From positions 1-55,514 of IMG/VR virus record IMGVR_UViG_3300036781_000044: DNA of 55,514 bases. One strand, 5' to 3'. This DNA is from a virus (lineage: Duplodnaviria; Caudoviricetes). Below the pieces are notes generated by a model. The model had not been told where the DNA came from. It saw nothing but the letters and a program-made list of their open reading frames with translations, and searched no databases. The translations under genes and the position numbers were made by a program. Each line of letters starts with the position of its first letter. Position 1 is the first letter of the stretch. This document shows positions 53,959 through 55,514 of this stretch, in pieces.

Positions 53959-54125
53959 AACAGCGTCTCGTCAGGAATATCTGGATGACTCAACATGTCT
54001 TCAAGTGTTTTACGATCTTCGACCCATCCACACTCGTGACAGCCCCACGGACCAACAGCCTCCATGCCGACGCCGTTGTCAACTTCGTCGCGCTCGCACT
54101 CAGCGCCACAGTTGGGACACTTCAT
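53955..54125 (-). CDS. small zinc-ribbon protein
   Basis: CPNC...CHEC; GAGGA RBS. Confidence 0.6.
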   Translation of the reverse strand: MKCPNCGAECERDEVDNGVGMEAVGPWGCHECGWVEDRKTLEDMLSHPDIPDETLF

Positions 54126-54307
54126 TTCGTGTCCTCTTTCTTCGGCGGTTCGATCGCGCTCAGCGGCACCCAAATGGTCACCTCGACGAACGCGCCATCG
54201 TTCATGGGTGCGACATTCCCAATGCCTGTGTAGCCTTTAGAGCGCACGAACTCGCGATACTGTTCCATACGACGTTTGATGACTTGCCGTTCGTCGTAGA
54301 TGTTCAT
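54122..54307 (-). CDS. hypothetical protein
   Basis: ATGA-coupled. Confidence 0.55.
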   Translation of the reverse strand: MNIYDERQVIKRRMEQYREFVRSKGYTGIGNVAPMNDGAFVEVTIWVPLSAIEPPKKEDTK

Positions 54308-55377
54308 AGACGTACCGCCATTGCGACAGTAATGAAGTTCTGTCCGTCTGCGAGTAGCACTGCGGCTGACGGCCCGCCCATTTTCATCTCAATCGACGCG
54401 TTGTCAGCGCAGTCGAGAAAATCAATGATCGCTTGCGCTTGCACGTTGACGCGCGTCGCAGGACCAGCGTAGGTGACGGCGACGTTTTCAATCGCATCGC
54501 CAAGTTCGTTGTTCTTCGCTTGCACTTGCAGAATGCCGTCACTGACGCTGAAGTTGACGATCTTGGTATCACCAGCAACGGCTGACACCCGTTTCAGCGC
54601 CGCATTGAGCGCGTCCCGCGGCGCCGTCACGATCATGTGATTCGACTGCGGGATGATGCGCTGATAGTTTGGGAACTGCCCGTCAATCATGCGTGACGTG
54701 ATCGTAGCGGCGTCTGTCGAGAAAAAGAGCACATTGTCACTGTGCGAGAAGCCGTAATCGTCAGCGTCGTCTGCGATTAGATTCTCGATCAGCTTCGTCG
54801 GCAGAATGACTTGATACTGCAGCGGATCGCCGGGAAATGCGCCTGTCGCGACTGCCAGCCGTTTGCCGTCTGTCGTGACGAGTGCGAGTGTGTTCCCTGA
54901 CAGCACCAAGAGAGCGCCGTTGATGTTGTATCGCTTCTCGGTCGCTGAGATGCAGGGATGCACGTTGCGCAACAACTTACGTAGCAACGCGCCATTGATG
55001 AGCGTGCTTTTGCCTGCAGGCGCGCTCAAGACCGGGAACTCTTTCGCGTCGAGAGCCCGCAAACTGAGTTTGAATTGACCTGACGCGACACGCACGCCGT
55101 TTTTCTCTGCGATCAAACGCACGTCGGGTTCTGTGATCTGACTGATGATGTTGAGCAGCGGCTTACACGGCAGCGCGACATGTCCCGCCATCTGAATCGT
55201 CGCGGCGCAGTCACGTGTCAGACTCAATTCGGTATCTGTCGCGCTCAATCGCACTTGCCCCATTTCGGCGTGGATCAGCACATGCGACAAGATCGGCAGT
55301 ACCGCTTTCGTTGGCGTCAGTTTGTCGAGTCTGCGCAATGCGTCAGTGAGCACGCTTGACGAAATCGAAATGTTCAT
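54304..55377 (-). CDS. dnaN: DNA polymerase III beta sliding clamp
   Basis: LPILS.VL, SATD.E, TDGKRLA, GQFPNYQRIIP, C-terminal MAVRL. Confidence 0.95.
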   Translation of the reverse strand: MNISISSSVLTDALRRLDKLTPTKAVLPILSHVLIHAEMGQVRLSATDTELSLTRDCAATIQMAGHVALPCKPLLNIISQITEPDVRLIAEKNGVRVASGQFKLSLRALDAKEFPVLSAPAGKSTLINGALLRKLLRNVHPCISATEKRYNINGALLVLSGNTLALVTTDGKRLAVATGAFPGDPLQYQVILPTKLIENLIADDADDYGFSHSDNVLFFSTDAATITSRMIDGQFPNYQRIIPQSNHMIVTAPRDALNAALKRVSAVAGDTKIVNFSVSDGILQVQAKNNELGDAIENVAVTYAGPATRVNVQAQAIIDFLDCADNASIEMKMGGPSAAVLLADGQNFITVAMAVRL

Positions 55378-55514
55378 CGCGTATGCACACTCCAGATCGC
55401 GTCTGCGACTTTCTCGTGATCGAAATTACCGATCACGACGTCAGCTTCACTGCACATAACGAGCCAATCAAGCTTGCCGTGCTTGCGCGCGACGTGCTTG
55501 GGATCGAGGATGAC
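55339..55514. repeat. Terminal direct repeat, right copy
   Basis: Copy of 1-176 with one mismatch. Confidence 0.95.

Overview
This window looks like a complete, circularly closed genome of a tailed dsDNA phage (siphovirus-like, about 55.3 kb). Bases 1-176 recur at 55339-55514 with one mismatch, and the genes on either side join through an ATGA overlap. The + strand (11.2-41.6 kb) carries a primase-VapE helicase, a probable origin, terminases, portal, MuF, scaffold, major capsid, neck and tail genes with a -1 frameshift chaperone, tape measure, an 1849-aa collagen-containing tail protein, a glycosyltransferase and a GH108 lysis module. The - strand carries replication, early and nucleotide genes: beta clamp, ThyX, SNF2 and UvrD helicases, an SMC/Rad50-like ATPase, an SSB-like protein and MT-A70. 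I found no integrase, tRNA or CRISPR array. The best candidate for an undescribed system is a DNA-modification cluster at about 0.5-6.9 kb. It centres on an amino-methyltransferase domain fused in frame to a family A DNA polymerase with atypical motif A/B residues. That gene is translationally coupled to a lower-GC PD-(D/E)XK nuclease-like gene and lies near PLP-enzyme, SLOG and DUF4406 genes. Other notable signals are recurrent Cys/His micro-insertions in core enzymes, an uncalled 40-aa hyper-acidic peptide, a Thr-rich collagen tail protein next to a glycosyltransferase, a structured capsid-gene leader, and IHF-like palindromes at twin early promoters. All family assignments come from motifs recognised by eye; no database searches were run.
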